Below are positions 40,565-51,362 of a stretch of 58,308 nucleotides of DNA, one piece after another (position 1 is the first letter of the stretch; each line of letters starts with the position of its first letter). The notes beneath the pieces were generated by a model. That model was not told the origin of the DNA. It saw only the letters and a list, made by a program, of their open reading frames with translations, and did not search any database. The stretch is from Flavobacteriales bacterium (GTDB lineage: Bacteria; Bacteroidota; Bacteroidia; NS11-12g; UBA955). The DNA lies in NCBI GenBank assembly GCA_024643755.1, contig JAHEMG010000004.1:1599-59906 (forward strand), given 5' to 3'. The position numbers were made by a program, and so were the translations under genes.

Positions 40565-41953
40565 TTAAACTCCTACATCGTGGTGGGCCGACTCTTCCAA
40601 ATATGGATGATTGACTGCCACCAATCCTCTTTTGGTCAAAGCGGTAAACACCCAATAGGTAAAGATACCAGCGAACAACAAGAAGAATCCCAATTCCATG
40701 AATCCAAATTGCATTCCTGAACCAAACACACCAGGGAATACCATCAACCATACATCATGATAGTGACCCAAAATCATGATTGAACCAATGATTGCCAATA
40801 CGTAGCGGTTTCTCTTTGCTGAACGCATCAACAATCCCAAGAAAGGAATACAGAAACACATGGCAAAGTTCAACAAGAAATTGAATTTGTAGTTTTCAAA
40901 GCGAATCTGGTAATAAGCCATTTCTTCTGGAATCTGTGCATACCAAATCAACAAGTACTGAGACAACCACAAGTAAGCCCAGAATACGGTGAAGGCAAAC
41001 ATGAATTTACCCAAATCGTGCATATGTTCATTGGTAACGAATCCCAAATAACCTTCTTTCTTGATATAAGCCACGAAGAAAGCCATGATGGTAATCATAG
41101 TAACCCAATGAGTCACAAAATTGTAGAATCCAAAAATGGTAGAGTACCAATGTGCGTCAACCGACATGATCAACAACCAAGCGATCACAGAAATGGTAAA
41201 ACCAAAAATCACTGCGAACGCTGCACTGAAACGAACTGATTTTCTAAAGAAAGTCACATCGCCTTTTGTTGCATTGTCTTCGGCAGCTGACAAAGAACGC
41301 AATTTGCGCATCAATACGTACCAAATCACAACCAGTACACTTGGAAACACAAACAACATGGTTGAGTTCAAGAAACCTGACTTACCCACCAAAATTGGAT
41401 CGTAACCAGCATCGCTCGGCTTCAAGCCCAAATGTTCGTAATGTGCCCAATGGTAGATATCGTTTTTGCCCATAAACAAGGCGATTAACAATACCACAAA
41501 AGGTACAGGAATGAAAGTCATGATGGCTTCAGGAATGCGCTTGATACCAACCGACCAACCTGCGTTGGCAATGTATTGAATGGCATACCACATTAAGGCT
41601 ACCAAAGAAATCATTAAGAAGAAGTACCCTACAATCATCAAGTTAGCCCAAATACGAGTATTTACTGGCTTATCCAATGGATGGAATTCCATACGTGGAC
41701 CGAATGCCTCATTCGGAACATTTCCATGCTCTTCATGAGCAGCTGCAGCTGCATGTCCCTCACCATGATGCGCTCCTTCATGAGCAGCTACTTCAGTTTT
41801 TGCGCTATGTGACTCTTCGTGACCGCCCAAATTAGCAATACCAAGACCTGCAAAAATCAATCCCAAAACCATCAAGATCATTGAGAATCGCTTCGCCTTC
41901 GGAGAGAATACAAACTGCTCCTGTTTAACTTCAATATGATGTCCGTGTCCCAT
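40565..41953 (-). CDS. actF: Alternative Complex III membrane subunit ActF
   Basis: About 10 TM segments; WLLIMSVDAHWYSTIFG, HDLGKFMFAF and QYLLIWYAQIPEE; last gene of the operon. Confidence 0.92.
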   Translation of the reverse strand: MGHGHHIEVKQEQFVFSPKAKRFSMILMVLGLIFAGLGIANLGGHEESHSAKTEVAAHEGAHHGEGHAAAAAHEEHGNVPNEAFGPRMEFHPLDKPVNTRIWANLMIVGYFFLMISLVALMWYAIQYIANAGWSVGIKRIPEAIMTFIPVPFVVLLIALFMGKNDIYHWAHYEHLGLKPSDAGYDPILVGKSGFLNSTMLFVFPSVLVVIWYVLMRKLRSLSAAEDNATKGDVTFFRKSVRFSAAFAVIFGFTISVIAWLLIMSVDAHWYSTIFGFYNFVTHWVTMITIMAFFVAYIKKEGYLGFVTNEHMHDLGKFMFAFTVFWAYLWLSQYLLIWYAQIPEEMAYYQIRFENYKFNFLLNFAMCFCIPFLGLLMRSAKRNRYVLAIIGSIMILGHYHDVWLMVFPGVFGSGMQFGFMELGFFLLFAGIFTYWVFTALTKRGLVAVNHPYLEESAHHDVGV

Positions 41954-41963
41954 TGTAATTTAC

Positions 41964-42587
41964 TTATTTAGTGGTGGCTGTAGAATCCGCAGCTGCAGTT
42001 TCTACTGACGCTACTGACTGGTTGCTCAAGAATTTAACATACTTAATCACTTTCCAACGATCTTTTGGTGACAACACAGAGGCATGACTACCCATGTTGT
42101 TCTTACCGTAGGTCAAAGTGTGATAGATTTTGCCTTCGGGCAAGGTTTTGATGTACTCATCGGTATACGCTTTCCAAGCTGGCTTCAACGTAGATACTTT
42201 TTTGAATACTTCACCATCATTGGCACCGTTTGCACCATGGCAAGGAGTACAGTAGATATTGTACAAATATTTACCACGTCCATCTTCCAATGTAGCTTCA
42301 GCGGGCGCTACCAAAGCAGCAGATGCTTCATAACCTTCTCCTGAATTTTCCAAATTGTATTTGTAATCCAATTTGCCGTAAGCTACGGTACCAGCAACCG
42401 GTTCGCGCATGTTCATACCATAAGGATTGATGGTATTGCTATCACCTTGGTTATAGGCCTCATACCCTTTTGAATAATACATATCAGGTGCATATTCCCA
42501 ACCAGGGTTATTTCCACGACTTACACAACCGCTCATTAAAGCAGTAGCGGCAATCGATCCGAACAAGATATAAATTTTGTTGTTCAT
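41964..42587 (-). CDS. actE: ACIII monoheme cytochrome c lipoprotein ActE
   Basis: Lipobox MSGC, EYAPDMY, CTPCH and distal Met in GKNNMGSH. Start placed at MNNKI. Confidence 0.92.
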   Translation of the reverse strand: MNNKIYILFGSIAATALMSGCVSRGNNPGWEYAPDMYYSKGYEAYNQGDSNTINPYGMNMREPVAGTVAYGKLDYKYNLENSGEGYEASAALVAPAEATLEDGRGKYLYNIYCTPCHGANGANDGEVFKKVSTLKPAWKAYTDEYIKTLPEGKIYHTLTYGKNNMGSHASVLSPKDRWKVIKYVKFLSNQSVASVETAAADSTATTK

Positions 42588-42600
42588 TGTTATTCTACAA

Positions 42601-43167
42601 TTAAAGTACGGTTTGAACGCCGTTGTGAAACTCGCGCAATTCAACAGCACCATGATTTTTCATCATGTTGAAGACTGCTTTTTCATCCATTCCATCAGTG
42701 GTTTCAATGACCATTACCATGCGGTCATCGGTTTGACGGATATCCAACAATTCATTTTTAATGCCATGAACCAAACGGTTTCTCCAGAAGAAGAAGAACG
42801 ACATACCAAATGCAGTACACAATACAGTACCTTCAAACATCACTGGCGCCCAGCTAGGTGTGAAACGTACAGGCTTGTTACCAATGTTCATGGGCCAATC
42901 GTGTACGTACATGTACCAAATCATGGTAGTCATTAATGTCAAGCCAGTTACTGCGCAGAAAAATGCGATACGAGCCAATTTGCTTCGACGTGCACCAATA
43001 ATACGATCCAAACCGTGAACTGGGTATGGCGTGTAAACATCGTGAATGTGAACACCAGCATGTGCAATTTCTGATGCACCGGCCATCAATTGGTCTTCAT
43101 CTTCCCATACTCCGATCAACATCTTGTTGCGGTCGCGTAGGCTAAGTTTTTTATCTAAAATTCCCAT
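42601..43167 (-). CDS. actD: ACIII subunit ActD (DUF3341)
   Basis: DVYTPYPVHGLD, DWPMNIGNKP and PVMFE motifs with two TM segments. Confidence 0.92.
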   Translation of the reverse strand: MGILDKKLSLRDRNKMLIGVWEDEDQLMAGASEIAHAGVHIHDVYTPYPVHGLDRIIGARRSKLARIAFFCAVTGLTLMTTMIWYMYVHDWPMNIGNKPVRFTPSWAPVMFEGTVLCTAFGMSFFFFWRNRLVHGIKNELLDIRQTDDRMVMVIETTDGMDEKAVFNMMKNHGAVELREFHNGVQTVL

Positions 43168-43191
43168 TATGGTAATCTTTAAAGGTTGTTA

Positions 43192-44541
43192 TTATTCGCG
43201 GTTGCGAAGGATTGATTTAACTTCTGCCATGTTGATTACAGGCAAGAATTTGGCAAACAAGAAGAAGCAAGTGAAGAAGATACCGAAAGTTCCCAAGAAC
43301 AATCCAATCTCTGTCAACGAACCTGAGTACATTACCCAACTTGATGGCAAGTAGTCTCTGTGCAATGAGGTTACAATGATTACAAAACGTTCAAACCACA
43401 TACCTACGTTTACAACAATACTCATGATAAAGATAAACCAAGGTGTAGTACGAGCCCAACGGAACCAGAACACCTGAGGTGCAATCAAGTTACAAGTCAT
43501 CATACTCCAGTATGCCCACCAGTAAGGACCGAACATACGGTTTGTGAACGCATACTGCTCATAAATATTACCTGAATACCAAGCGATAAAGAACTCCGTC
43601 AAGTAAGCAATACCTACAATGGTACCCGTTACCATGATGATCTTTGTCATCGCATCTAAATGTCCGATAGTAATGTAGTTCTCATAGTTCATCACTTTAC
43701 GCGCTACAACCAACAAAGTAGCCACCATACCGAAACCAGAGAAAATCGCACCGGCAACGAAGTAAGGAGGAAAAATGGTTGTGTGCCATCCAGGAATCAC
43801 TGAGGTCGCGAAATCCGTAGATACGATTGTGTGAACTGACAATACCAACGGTGTACTCAAACCTGCCAAAATCAATGAAATCAATTCATAACGAGCCCAA
43901 GTGCGGGTAGAACCTGTCCAACCCATTGATAAGAAACCATACATGGTCTTACCCAATTTCGACTTCACTTTGTCGCGGATGGTTGCAATATCAGGAATCA
44001 AACCAATGTACCAGAACAACAACGATACGCTGAAGTAGGTAGAGATCGCAAATACGTCCCACAACAAAGGCGAGTTAAAGTTAACCCACAAAGAACCAAA
44101 TCCGTTTGGCAAAGGCAAAGCCCAGTAACCAACCCAAACCCGACCCATGTGAAACACAGGGAACATCGCCGCACAAATAACCGCGAAAATGGTCATCGCC
44201 TCAGCAGAACGGTTGATACTCATACGCCACTTCTGACGGAATAACAACAATACAGCAGAGATCAAAGTACCCGCGTGACCGATACCTACCCAAAATACGA
44301 AGTTGGTGATATCCCAACCCCACATCACTGATTTGTTGATGTTCCAAACACCAATACCGGTGAACAATGTGTACAACAAGCTCACCCCAAAAATTCCCAA
44401 GAAAATCAAGGACAATGTAAAGCCCACCTTCCATGCGGTAGAGGGATTGTTCAAAATAGGTCTTGCAATGTCTCGCGTAACGTCAGAAGCCGTTTTATCG
44501 CCAGTTACAAGTCTGTCTCTAATGATTGAATCGTGTATCAT
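43192..44541 (-). CDS. actC: ACIII quinol-binding subunit ActC (NrfD/PsrC family)
   Basis: [40 protein letters not shown] and GMWFERF. Confidence 0.95.
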   Translation of the reverse strand: MIHDSIIRDRLVTGDKTASDVTRDIARPILNNPSTAWKVGFTLSLIFLGIFGVSLLYTLFTGIGVWNINKSVMWGWDITNFVFWVGIGHAGTLISAVLLLFRQKWRMSINRSAEAMTIFAVICAAMFPVFHMGRVWVGYWALPLPNGFGSLWVNFNSPLLWDVFAISTYFSVSLLFWYIGLIPDIATIRDKVKSKLGKTMYGFLSMGWTGSTRTWARYELISLILAGLSTPLVLSVHTIVSTDFATSVIPGWHTTIFPPYFVAGAIFSGFGMVATLLVVARKVMNYENYITIGHLDAMTKIIMVTGTIVGIAYLTEFFIAWYSGNIYEQYAFTNRMFGPYWWAYWSMMTCNLIAPQVFWFRWARTTPWFIFIMSIVVNVGMWFERFVIIVTSLHRDYLPSSWVMYSGSLTEIGLFLGTFGIFFTCFFLFAKFLPVINMAEVKSILRNRE

Positions 44542-44561
44542 TCGAATATTTTTTGGGTGAA

Positions 44562-47500
44562 TTAAATTGAATCGTTGTTACGAATTTTGGTCATGTACTT
44601 CACTGATGATTGTACGTTAATTTCCTCAAGCACAGTGAAACCACGCTCATTCTTGTATAATTTGCTCACTTCGCTTTCTGGGTTGTGCAAATCTCCAAAT
44701 ACGATGGCGTTGCTTGGACATGCTCTCTGACAAGCAGTCAAAACTTGCACTTCGTTGGGTGATTTGCCCTCGCGCTTCGCCTTCAACTTACCTTCTTGAA
44801 TTCGCTGAACACAGAAAGAACATTTTTCCATAACACCGCGAGTACGAACAGTTACATCAGGATTGATCACCATTTTACCCAATGGATTGTTGAAATGGAA
44901 GTCAAACTTGTCGTTGTCGTTGAAACGGAACCAGTTGAAACGACGTACCTTATATGGACAGTTGTTTCCGCAATACTTGGTACCGATACAACGGTTGTAT
45001 GTCATTTGGTTCAAACCTTCTGTGCTGTGGGTAGTTGCCAATACTGGACATACCGTTTCACAAGGTGCATTAGAACAATGCTGACACATCATTGGCTGAT
45101 GCAATACATTCACATTCTGCCAATGGTCGAAGTTGCCTTTTTCATCAGCCGCCTCAATTTCAGTGTCTTTGGTCAAAACACCTTCAGTTGAATTGAAAGA
45201 ATAGTAACGATCGATGCGAATCCAGTGCATTTCACGACGCAAACGAATTTCGTCGCGACCTACAACAGGAACGTTGTTTTCAATTGAGCAACTTACGATA
45301 CAGCTACCACAACCTGTACATGCATTCAAGTCGATGGCCATCGCCCAAAGGTGGTTAGGAGCACCATCCTTGCGATATTCCGGCTTTTCCCAAATGGTAT
45401 AAATGTGGGTGGCTGGTTTATCGTTGCCTGCATTAGGACTCTTTTGCCAAGCAGCGAAAGTAGATTCTCTTACGATATCACGACCTTCAATGCTGTGGTG
45501 AGTCTGTGTTTGTGCCAAACTGTAGTTGTCATCGCCTTTGGTGATTTCAACATTTTTAGCAACAAAACTGCGGTTACCGGTATTGTTTACAAAAGCGTAT
45601 CCGTTTACACCAATGGTGTCGAATCCTTTTTCAACACTTCCGGCAACTTTACCGGCATGTGTTCTACCATATCCCAAAGCCAAAGCCACTGTTTCATTGG
45701 CTTGTCCTGGCTGGATTAATGCTGGAACGTTGTTGTAAGTCACATCGCCTACTTTCACGTTTACAGTATCCCCTTCTGAGATATCCAATTTTACAGCCAT
45801 CGCTTTTGGCAAGGCTACATAGTTATCCCAACAAACTTTGCTTACTGGATCAGGCATTTCTTGCAACCAAGGATTGTTTGCAAAAGCACCGTCTCTTACT
45901 CCCACACCTTGATAAAGTACCATGTCAACACCGGTAGCTTTAGCATGTGAAGAAACATAGGATGCCAAAGCTTCTACATTCCCTGCATAAGAGGCCACAC
46001 CTTCTGTTGAACCAGCGGTGTAGATACCTTTTTCCAACGCAGCATTGAAAGCATCGTCAGAACCTAAGGTTGCAGACCAGTTGGCACGAATGAAGTTGTA
46101 GTAAGGAGATGCTTGTAATTTTTGAGAGAAAATACCTTTGGATGCGAATGGATCTTTAGCAGGAGCCACCAATGCATTTGCCCAAGTCAACAAGCTCACT
46201 TGAGCCTGACGGGTATTGAATACATTCGAAATGGTAGGCTGAGTGAATTGGTAAACACCTCTTCTTGGCTCAGCGTCGTTCCAACTTTCCAAATAGTGAT
46301 TATCAGGACATACATACTGACACAAGCTAGCCGTTTCATCTTTGCTCGATGCAAATGATACCGACAAACTTGCTTTCTTGATAGCTTCTGTCCACTCCTT
46401 AGCATTGTGGTTGTACACTGGGTTGGTGTTGTAGAAAATCACACCAGCAATAGCACCAGATTTCAAACCGGCCAATACTTCGGCAGTTTTCTTATCAGAA
46501 CCTTGGTATTGGTTGCTGTGGTTTACCATATCGATGGTAGATCCATAGTTACCCAACATCATGTTAATTCCGTTTACAATCTGTTGCACTTCCATTTCGT
46601 TGCTCGCAGAAATAACCAATGAAGTTCCTTTTGCTTTAACCAACGCATCGGCAGTTTTCTTCACAGAGTTACCAGCCAACTCACCTTGCTGAGGCACAGG
46701 AATCTGTTTTGCACCCATAGCGATGGCGATGTAGTTATACAAAGTTGCCACATACAATGCCTCTTGGGAAGCACGCATTGGGAAACGGAAATCAGCATTG
46801 GTACCGGTCATGCTCATTGCACTTTCGAACTGAATGTGCTTCGACATACCACCAGCAACGGCGGGCTGACGGTTGATGGTATATCCTTTAGAGAATTCTA
46901 CAGGAGAAATCCAAGTTCCCAAGAAATCAGCGCCGAAACTTACGATGACCTTAGCAGCACCAAAGTTGTAAGTAGGCAAAGCACGCTTACCGAAATCAGC
47001 CGCATTGGCATCCAAGATACCGCTGTATGATACTGCATCGTAAGCTACATGTTCTGTATTGGGGAATGCTGCTTTGAATGATTCAATCGCCTTCAATGTA
47101 GAAGGAGAATGGGTTGAACCAGACAAAATGGCGATTTTACCATTGGCAGCAGTGATTTTCTTCAACTGATTGGTGATATCCGCATCAATGGCTGTCCAAT
47201 CGGTTTGCTCTGCATTGTTCGCCAAAGGATTCGCCAAACGCTCATTATCGTAAAGAGAAAGGATCGACGCCTGTCCAACAGCACAAGTACCACCTTGTGA
47301 AATTGGTGAATCAGCAGATCCATCCACTTTAATCGGACGGCCTTCACGCACCTTTACTTCAATTCCACAAGCGGCAGAACATGCGCCACAAGTTGAACGA
47401 TAGTAGTTGGCTACGCCTGGGGTTACATCCTCGGGTTTAACTAAATATGGAACAGCATGGCGAATGGGGGTCTTGGTACAAGCAGCCAAAGCCACTGCAG

Positions 47501-47681
47501 TTACACTGAAACCGAAATACTTTAAAAAGTCTCTTCGGTTGGCTTGCAACTCAACACCGTCTTCGTTGAACACTTCATCCAAAGGGAGATCATCGTGAAA
47601 CTCGTTTTTCTGAGCAGCTAGGAACTGTGGGTTCCTGTTCAACTCTTCTTCGCCCTTCCAGTATTTGATATTATTTGACAT
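44562..47681 (-). CDS. actB: ACIII subunit ActB (molybdopterin-oxidoreductase-like domain fused to an Fe-S domain, Tat-exported)
   Basis: Tat motif NRRDFLK followed by a lipobox Cys (LAAC); REGRPIK; Fe-S motifs CTGCGSC..C, CQHC..PC..VCP, CIGTKYC..NCP and CSFC...CQRACP. Confidence 0.95.
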   Translation of the reverse strand: MSNNIKYWKGEEELNRNPQFLAAQKNEFHDDLPLDEVFNEDGVELQANRRDFLKYFGFSVTAVALAACTKTPIRHAVPYLVKPEDVTPGVANYYRSTCGACSAACGIEVKVREGRPIKVDGSADSPISQGGTCAVGQASILSLYDNERLANPLANNAEQTDWTAIDADITNQLKKITAANGKIAILSGSTHSPSTLKAIESFKAAFPNTEHVAYDAVSYSGILDANAADFGKRALPTYNFGAAKVIVSFGADFLGTWISPVEFSKGYTINRQPAVAGGMSKHIQFESAMSMTGTNADFRFPMRASQEALYVATLYNYIAIAMGAKQIPVPQQGELAGNSVKKTADALVKAKGTSLVISASNEMEVQQIVNGINMMLGNYGSTIDMVNHSNQYQGSDKKTAEVLAGLKSGAIAGVIFYNTNPVYNHNAKEWTEAIKKASLSVSFASSKDETASLCQYVCPDNHYLESWNDAEPRRGVYQFTQPTISNVFNTRQAQVSLLTWANALVAPAKDPFASKGIFSQKLQASPYYNFIRANWSATLGSDDAFNAALEKGIYTAGSTEGVASYAGNVEALASYVSSHAKATGVDMVLYQGVGVRDGAFANNPWLQEMPDPVSKVCWDNYVALPKAMAVKLDISEGDTVNVKVGDVTYNNVPALIQPGQANETVALALGYGRTHAGKVAGSVEKGFDTIGVNGYAFVNNTGNRSFVAKNVEITKGDDNYSLAQTQTHHSIEGRDIVRESTFAAWQKSPNAGNDKPATHIYTIWEKPEYRKDGAPNHLWAMAIDLNACTGCGSCIVSCSIENNVPVVGRDEIRLRREMHWIRIDRYYSFNSTEGVLTKDTEIEAADEKGNFDHWQNVNVLHQPMMCQHCSNAPCETVCPVLATTHSTEGLNQMTYNRCIGTKYCGNNCPYKVRRFNWFRFNDNDKFDFHFNNPLGKMVINPDVTVRTRGVMEKCSFCVQRIQEGKLKAKREGKSPNEVQVLTACQRACPSNAIVFGDLHNPESEVSKLYKNERGFTVLEEINVQSSVKYMTKIRNNDSI

Positions 47682-47705
47682 AATGATGCTTCTTAAAAAT
47701 TGAAA

Positions 47706-49031
47706 TTAATAGTGACACTTAGAACATTCCAAACCACCATTCATGGCAGGAGTCAATTTAACCTTGCCATCAGCAGAGAAATACTTGCTCTTGCTTTTGT
47801 TTGATGCGATATCCTTCGCTGCTTTCTCGTGCAAAGCCTTGTAGTAGTTGTTGTTTGCAACATCCACCTGCGCATTGCGGTGACAGTCGATACACCAACC
47901 CATCTGCAATGAGCTGTGCTGCTGAACTACTTCCATCTTTTCGATGGCACCGTGACAGGTTTGACAAGTCTGCTTACCTACTTTCACGTGCTGTGAGTGG
48001 TTAAAATAAGCATGGTCTGGCAAGTTGTGGATTCTAACCCAACGAATAGGACGTGGATTCTTACCGTATTCTTCACCTGGCTTAGCTTCTGGATTGTAAT
48101 CCAATGCCGCGTAGATTTTCTTGATCTCTGGAGAAATCTCACCGTTGTATTTATCGGTCAATTGTACTCCCTTGTGACAATTCATACAAGTGTTCAACGC
48201 TGGAATAGATGCTTGCTTACTCTCCTCTACGGTTGAGTGGCAATATTTACAATCCAACTTCAAATCACCCGCGTGCAATTTGTGTGAGAAGGCGATGGGC
48301 TGCTTAGGCGCATATCCTTTTTGTACACCTACTTCGGTGATAGAATATCCAAAACCATAGTAGGCACCTAATCCACCCAAAATAACCGTGGTAAATACAG
48401 AAAGAACCACTGGGTTTTTCTTACCCCATTTGCCAGGAAGTACCTTTTCAAAGAAACCCTTCTTGGGAGCATTCATGGCAGCCAATTCTTCAGGATTCTT
48501 TTCAGCGGCAACACGCTTCAATGTGTTTTTAACACGTGCCAACACCAACAATACCGCACTGAAAATAGCCACCAAAATCAACAAGATGTATAGCGCAGTG
48601 CTATCATCCTTGGGTTGATCCGCTGTAGCTACCGCAACTGTTGCCTTCTTGGGCTCTGGTGCTGTTTTGATGTACTCAACGATGTCCAACACATTCGCAG
48701 GTGTCAAGTTCTCGAAGATGTTCATCGCGGCTCCACCGTACTCAGTGTACAATGCAATCGCATCAGGGTCCTTGGTTACCTTACGGAACTTTTCGTTGTT
48801 ACGTACCCATTGAACCAACCATTCTTCGGAACGACGGGTGTGAACGCCCCTCAGCGCAGGTCCTACAACCTTCTTGTCTAAAGCGTGACAACTTCCACAG
48901 TTGTTGGCTTCATACAGTTTCTTACCGTTTTCCGCATTGGGTTTGTCTTGAGCGTAAGAGGATACCGAAACAGCCATGAGGGCTGAAAGCATCCAAACTT
49001 TCATATTTCTAGCAATCATGTTTGGGAACAT
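47706..49031 (-). CDS. actA: ACIII multiheme cytochrome c ActA (monoheme plus pentaheme)
   Basis: Six CxxCH motifs: CGSCH in the N-terminal domain, then CKYCH, CMNCH, CQTCH, CIDCH and CSKCH after two TM segments. Confidence 0.94.
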   Translation of the reverse strand: MFPNMIARNMKVWMLSALMAVSVSSYAQDKPNAENGKKLYEANNCGSCHALDKKVVGPALRGVHTRRSEEWLVQWVRNNEKFRKVTKDPDAIALYTEYGGAAMNIFENLTPANVLDIVEYIKTAPEPKKATVAVATADQPKDDSTALYILLILVAIFSAVLLVLARVKNTLKRVAAEKNPEELAAMNAPKKGFFEKVLPGKWGKKNPVVLSVFTTVILGGLGAYYGFGYSITEVGVQKGYAPKQPIAFSHKLHAGDLKLDCKYCHSTVEESKQASIPALNTCMNCHKGVQLTDKYNGEISPEIKKIYAALDYNPEAKPGEEYGKNPRPIRWVRIHNLPDHAYFNHSQHVKVGKQTCQTCHGAIEKMEVVQQHSSLQMGWCIDCHRNAQVDVANNNYYKALHEKAAKDIASNKSKSKYFSADGKVKLTPAMNGGLECSKCHY

Positions 49032-49048
49032 TGTCTTTTTTCGCGATG

Positions 49049-49056
49049 CAAATATA
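49049..49056 (-). promoter_or_regulatory. -7 element of the act operon
   Basis: TATATTTG followed by CA, 17 nt before ATG 49031. Confidence 0.7.
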
Positions 49057-49102
49057 GATTATGGGCTCTCCCTTAAAAAATAAATTGTTAACAGAGTTTT
49101 CA

Positions 49103-49121
49103 ATTTAAAATCAATCTAAAC
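49103..49121. promoter_or_regulatory. Imperfect AT-rich palindrome upstream of the act promoter (candidate Fur-family operator)
   Basis: ATTTAAAATCAATCTAAAC, a 9-1-9 imperfect inverted repeat close to ATTTAGAATnATTCTAAAT. Confidence 0.4.
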
Positions 49122-49270
49122 TAAATCTATAGAGACTTGAAATTCTGCCAATTAGAAAACCAAAATCAAGTTCGAATTGGGGATTTCCACATTGAAAATA
49201 GCCGATTGTACACCCCAACAAACACAAATCAAGACACACAAATGGGCTTTCTGAAGATTGCTGACAAAAA

Positions 49271-50200
49271 TCAGTCTGCGCGCAACCAATCCAAGTAGTT
49301 GATATAGCTCGCCAATGCCAACTGAGAGTAGTTTTGAGAGGAATTTCCGAAAGCCCCAGCTTGGGTTTTCCATAATTTCATGATCAACTCCTCCCCGCTT
49401 TTAACCTCACCCACCGCTGCCACTGCCTTACGCACGTTGCCAGCACCCGCATTGTACACGTGCATCACCAACAATTGAAACCACAATTGATCCAAATAGG
49501 GCTCCAATCCCACAGAAACCGCCATTCTTTGCGCATTGGGAATACAATAATCGCGCATCAACTTAGCTGCCGCCATGCTACTCAAAGCGAAATCATGTCG
49601 ATCATCCCTGGCACTGGTAATCACCAATCCATATTTCTTGGCCACAAACGGCATCAATTGATAATGACCTACCGCCCCACTTATGGATCTTGCCCTGGGG
49701 TTGTTTGGCGACTCAATCAACAGAATAAACTGCGCGTAAATGGGATTAACCCCTATTTCATTGAAAACCATTTTGGCATCATCCACCAACGGTCCAACCT
49801 TTTTAAAATCAAAAAACTCACGTTTTCCACGAACAAACTTGACCAGCTCACAGGTTTCATAACCAAAAGAATCTCGGTAACATTGTGCAGTTACTTCGAG
49901 TTTTGCATAATCCACCAATGAATCCAATCGCTTTGCGGAAATCACATCCATCATGTTTCGACTATCCTTGTGCACAACAATGCAAGAATCCTTTGTAAGC
50001 AAAATCACCTTTTGCCAGAATTGTATGGGTGGCTGCTTGCGAAAAAAATCAAGCTGCTCACTGGGCACGATGATACAATGAAATGAATCCTTGTCACCAC
50101 CTGCAGGTATTTTGGTCGCGTTCTGACATGAGGCCACCGACGTCATGCTAATAACCAATGCGAACAACAGTCCGCCAATATTGAATCTCACGTTTTCCAT
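49271..50200 (-). CDS. Lytic transglycosylase (SLT/MltD-like)
   Basis: Catalytic LIES, ARSISGAVGHYQLMP, D.R.D...S..AAAK and YNAG motifs; N-terminal signal peptide. Confidence 0.85.
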   Translation of the reverse strand: MENVRFNIGGLLFALVISMTSVASCQNATKIPAGGDKDSFHCIIVPSEQLDFFRKQPPIQFWQKVILLTKDSCIVVHKDSRNMMDVISAKRLDSLVDYAKLEVTAQCYRDSFGYETCELVKFVRGKREFFDFKKVGPLVDDAKMVFNEIGVNPIYAQFILLIESPNNPRARSISGAVGHYQLMPFVAKKYGLVITSARDDRHDFALSSMAAAKLMRDYCIPNAQRMAVSVGLEPYLDQLWFQLLVMHVYNAGAGNVRKAVAAVGEVKSGEELIMKLWKTQAGAFGNSSQNYSQLALASYINYLDWLRAD

Positions 50201-50213
50201 CTACTCCCCTCCT

Positions 50214-51254
50214 TTATTTTTGTGTGCAATGCGCATCCAACCATTTCTTGGCCGCCTTTTCTCCCAACTGATAACTTCTCTCCCAATCTACACAAGCAAG
50301 GCCCATCTTTCCTTGGTTATATCGCGCAATACCCCTACCCAAATAAGCATATGCAGGAGCACTGTTCTTGGCTTTGATCGACTTGCTCAACCACTCATCC
50401 GCCTCTACCCACTGTTCCTTCTGCAATAGACAATGTCCGTAGTCGGCCAACAAATCAGCGTCAGTAGGACTCGTTTTCAAAAGTTCCGCATACACAATCA
50501 TGGCTTCATCAATGCGATTCAGAAAAAAGAAGGCGTCTCCTTGGTATTTTTTTAGGTTGACGTTGGTGGGGTTCTTTTCTAACTCCGATGCGATGAGCGG
50601 CAAACATTGGCTGTATTGTTCTGACTGAAACAATGCAGTAATATATTGCTGCTTCACCCATTTACTGTCTGTATCCTTCGCATAAATTTCACCCACCATT
50701 TTGGCGTAAACCACCATCTGTTTTGAACGCTCGAAATGCTGTAGCTGCTGTTGTCCGTATTCTATAAAAAGTGCATCGCCAATTTTTGTGTACAACCAGT
50801 TCAAATCCGCTTTGAAGGTTTCATATTCAGATAACAACAGTGACAAATCCATGCGTTGGATATGCGCAAAAGTATCTTCAGGGGTCTCGCCCAAGTAACG
50901 GTTGATATCGCTAAAGGCAAATTGAAAATTCTCCGTTTCGCGGTAGGCGATATAGCGATACAAATACGTTTGAGTTCTATTGGGGTTTAATAAAATGGCT
51001 TTGTTGAAATCAACCACTGCAGATCCAAAATCACGCATGTGAACCCGCACCACACCACGCGTGAGCCAGGCGATATCTTCCTGAGGCCTCATATCTACCG
51101 CTTGATCCAAACTCACAATCGCAGTTTCATAATCGCCTTTTTCGTCGGACCGCATCCCAAACGACATCAACTGATCGAAGGAATATTGGGCCTGGCTATG
51201 GGCGATACACAGAAAAATGAAACAGAAAGTGATTAAGCGTTTGAGCATGGTCAT
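50214..51254 (-). CDS. Exported TPR protein
   Basis: Signal peptide (HSQAQ), multiple TPR units and a C-terminal AC.DW....LG...A......C motif. Confidence 0.85.
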   Translation of the reverse strand: MTMLKRLITFCFIFLCIAHSQAQYSFDQLMSFGMRSDEKGDYETAIVSLDQAVDMRPQEDIAWLTRGVVRVHMRDFGSAVVDFNKAILLNPNRTQTYLYRYIAYRETENFQFAFSDINRYLGETPEDTFAHIQRMDLSLLLSEYETFKADLNWLYTKIGDALFIEYGQQQLQHFERSKQMVVYAKMVGEIYAKDTDSKWVKQQYITALFQSEQYSQCLPLIASELEKNPTNVNLKKYQGDAFFFLNRIDEAMIVYAELLKTSPTDADLLADYGHCLLQKEQWVEADEWLSKSIKAKNSAPAYAYLGRGIARYNQGKMGLACVDWERSYQLGEKAAKKWLDAHCTQK

Positions 51255-51362
51255 TCAATAGACAAAAATCCGACCAAAGTCTTCGAAGAAAAAATGGGGA
51301 TATCTACAATCTCTGAATTGTCTAATGAGAAGGACTCATTTCTAATTACTTTTGCGCATCAC

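Noticed and set aside
49152-49373. 73-aa minus-strand ORF between the SLT gene and actA
   Set aside because: It overlaps the SLT 3' end in another frame, has no motif and covers the probable act regulatory region.
51300-51362. preQ1 riboswitch upstream of the queuosine-precursor transporter
   Set aside because: The promoter box lies only 8 nt before the ATG, leaving no leader, and I saw no preQ1 consensus.
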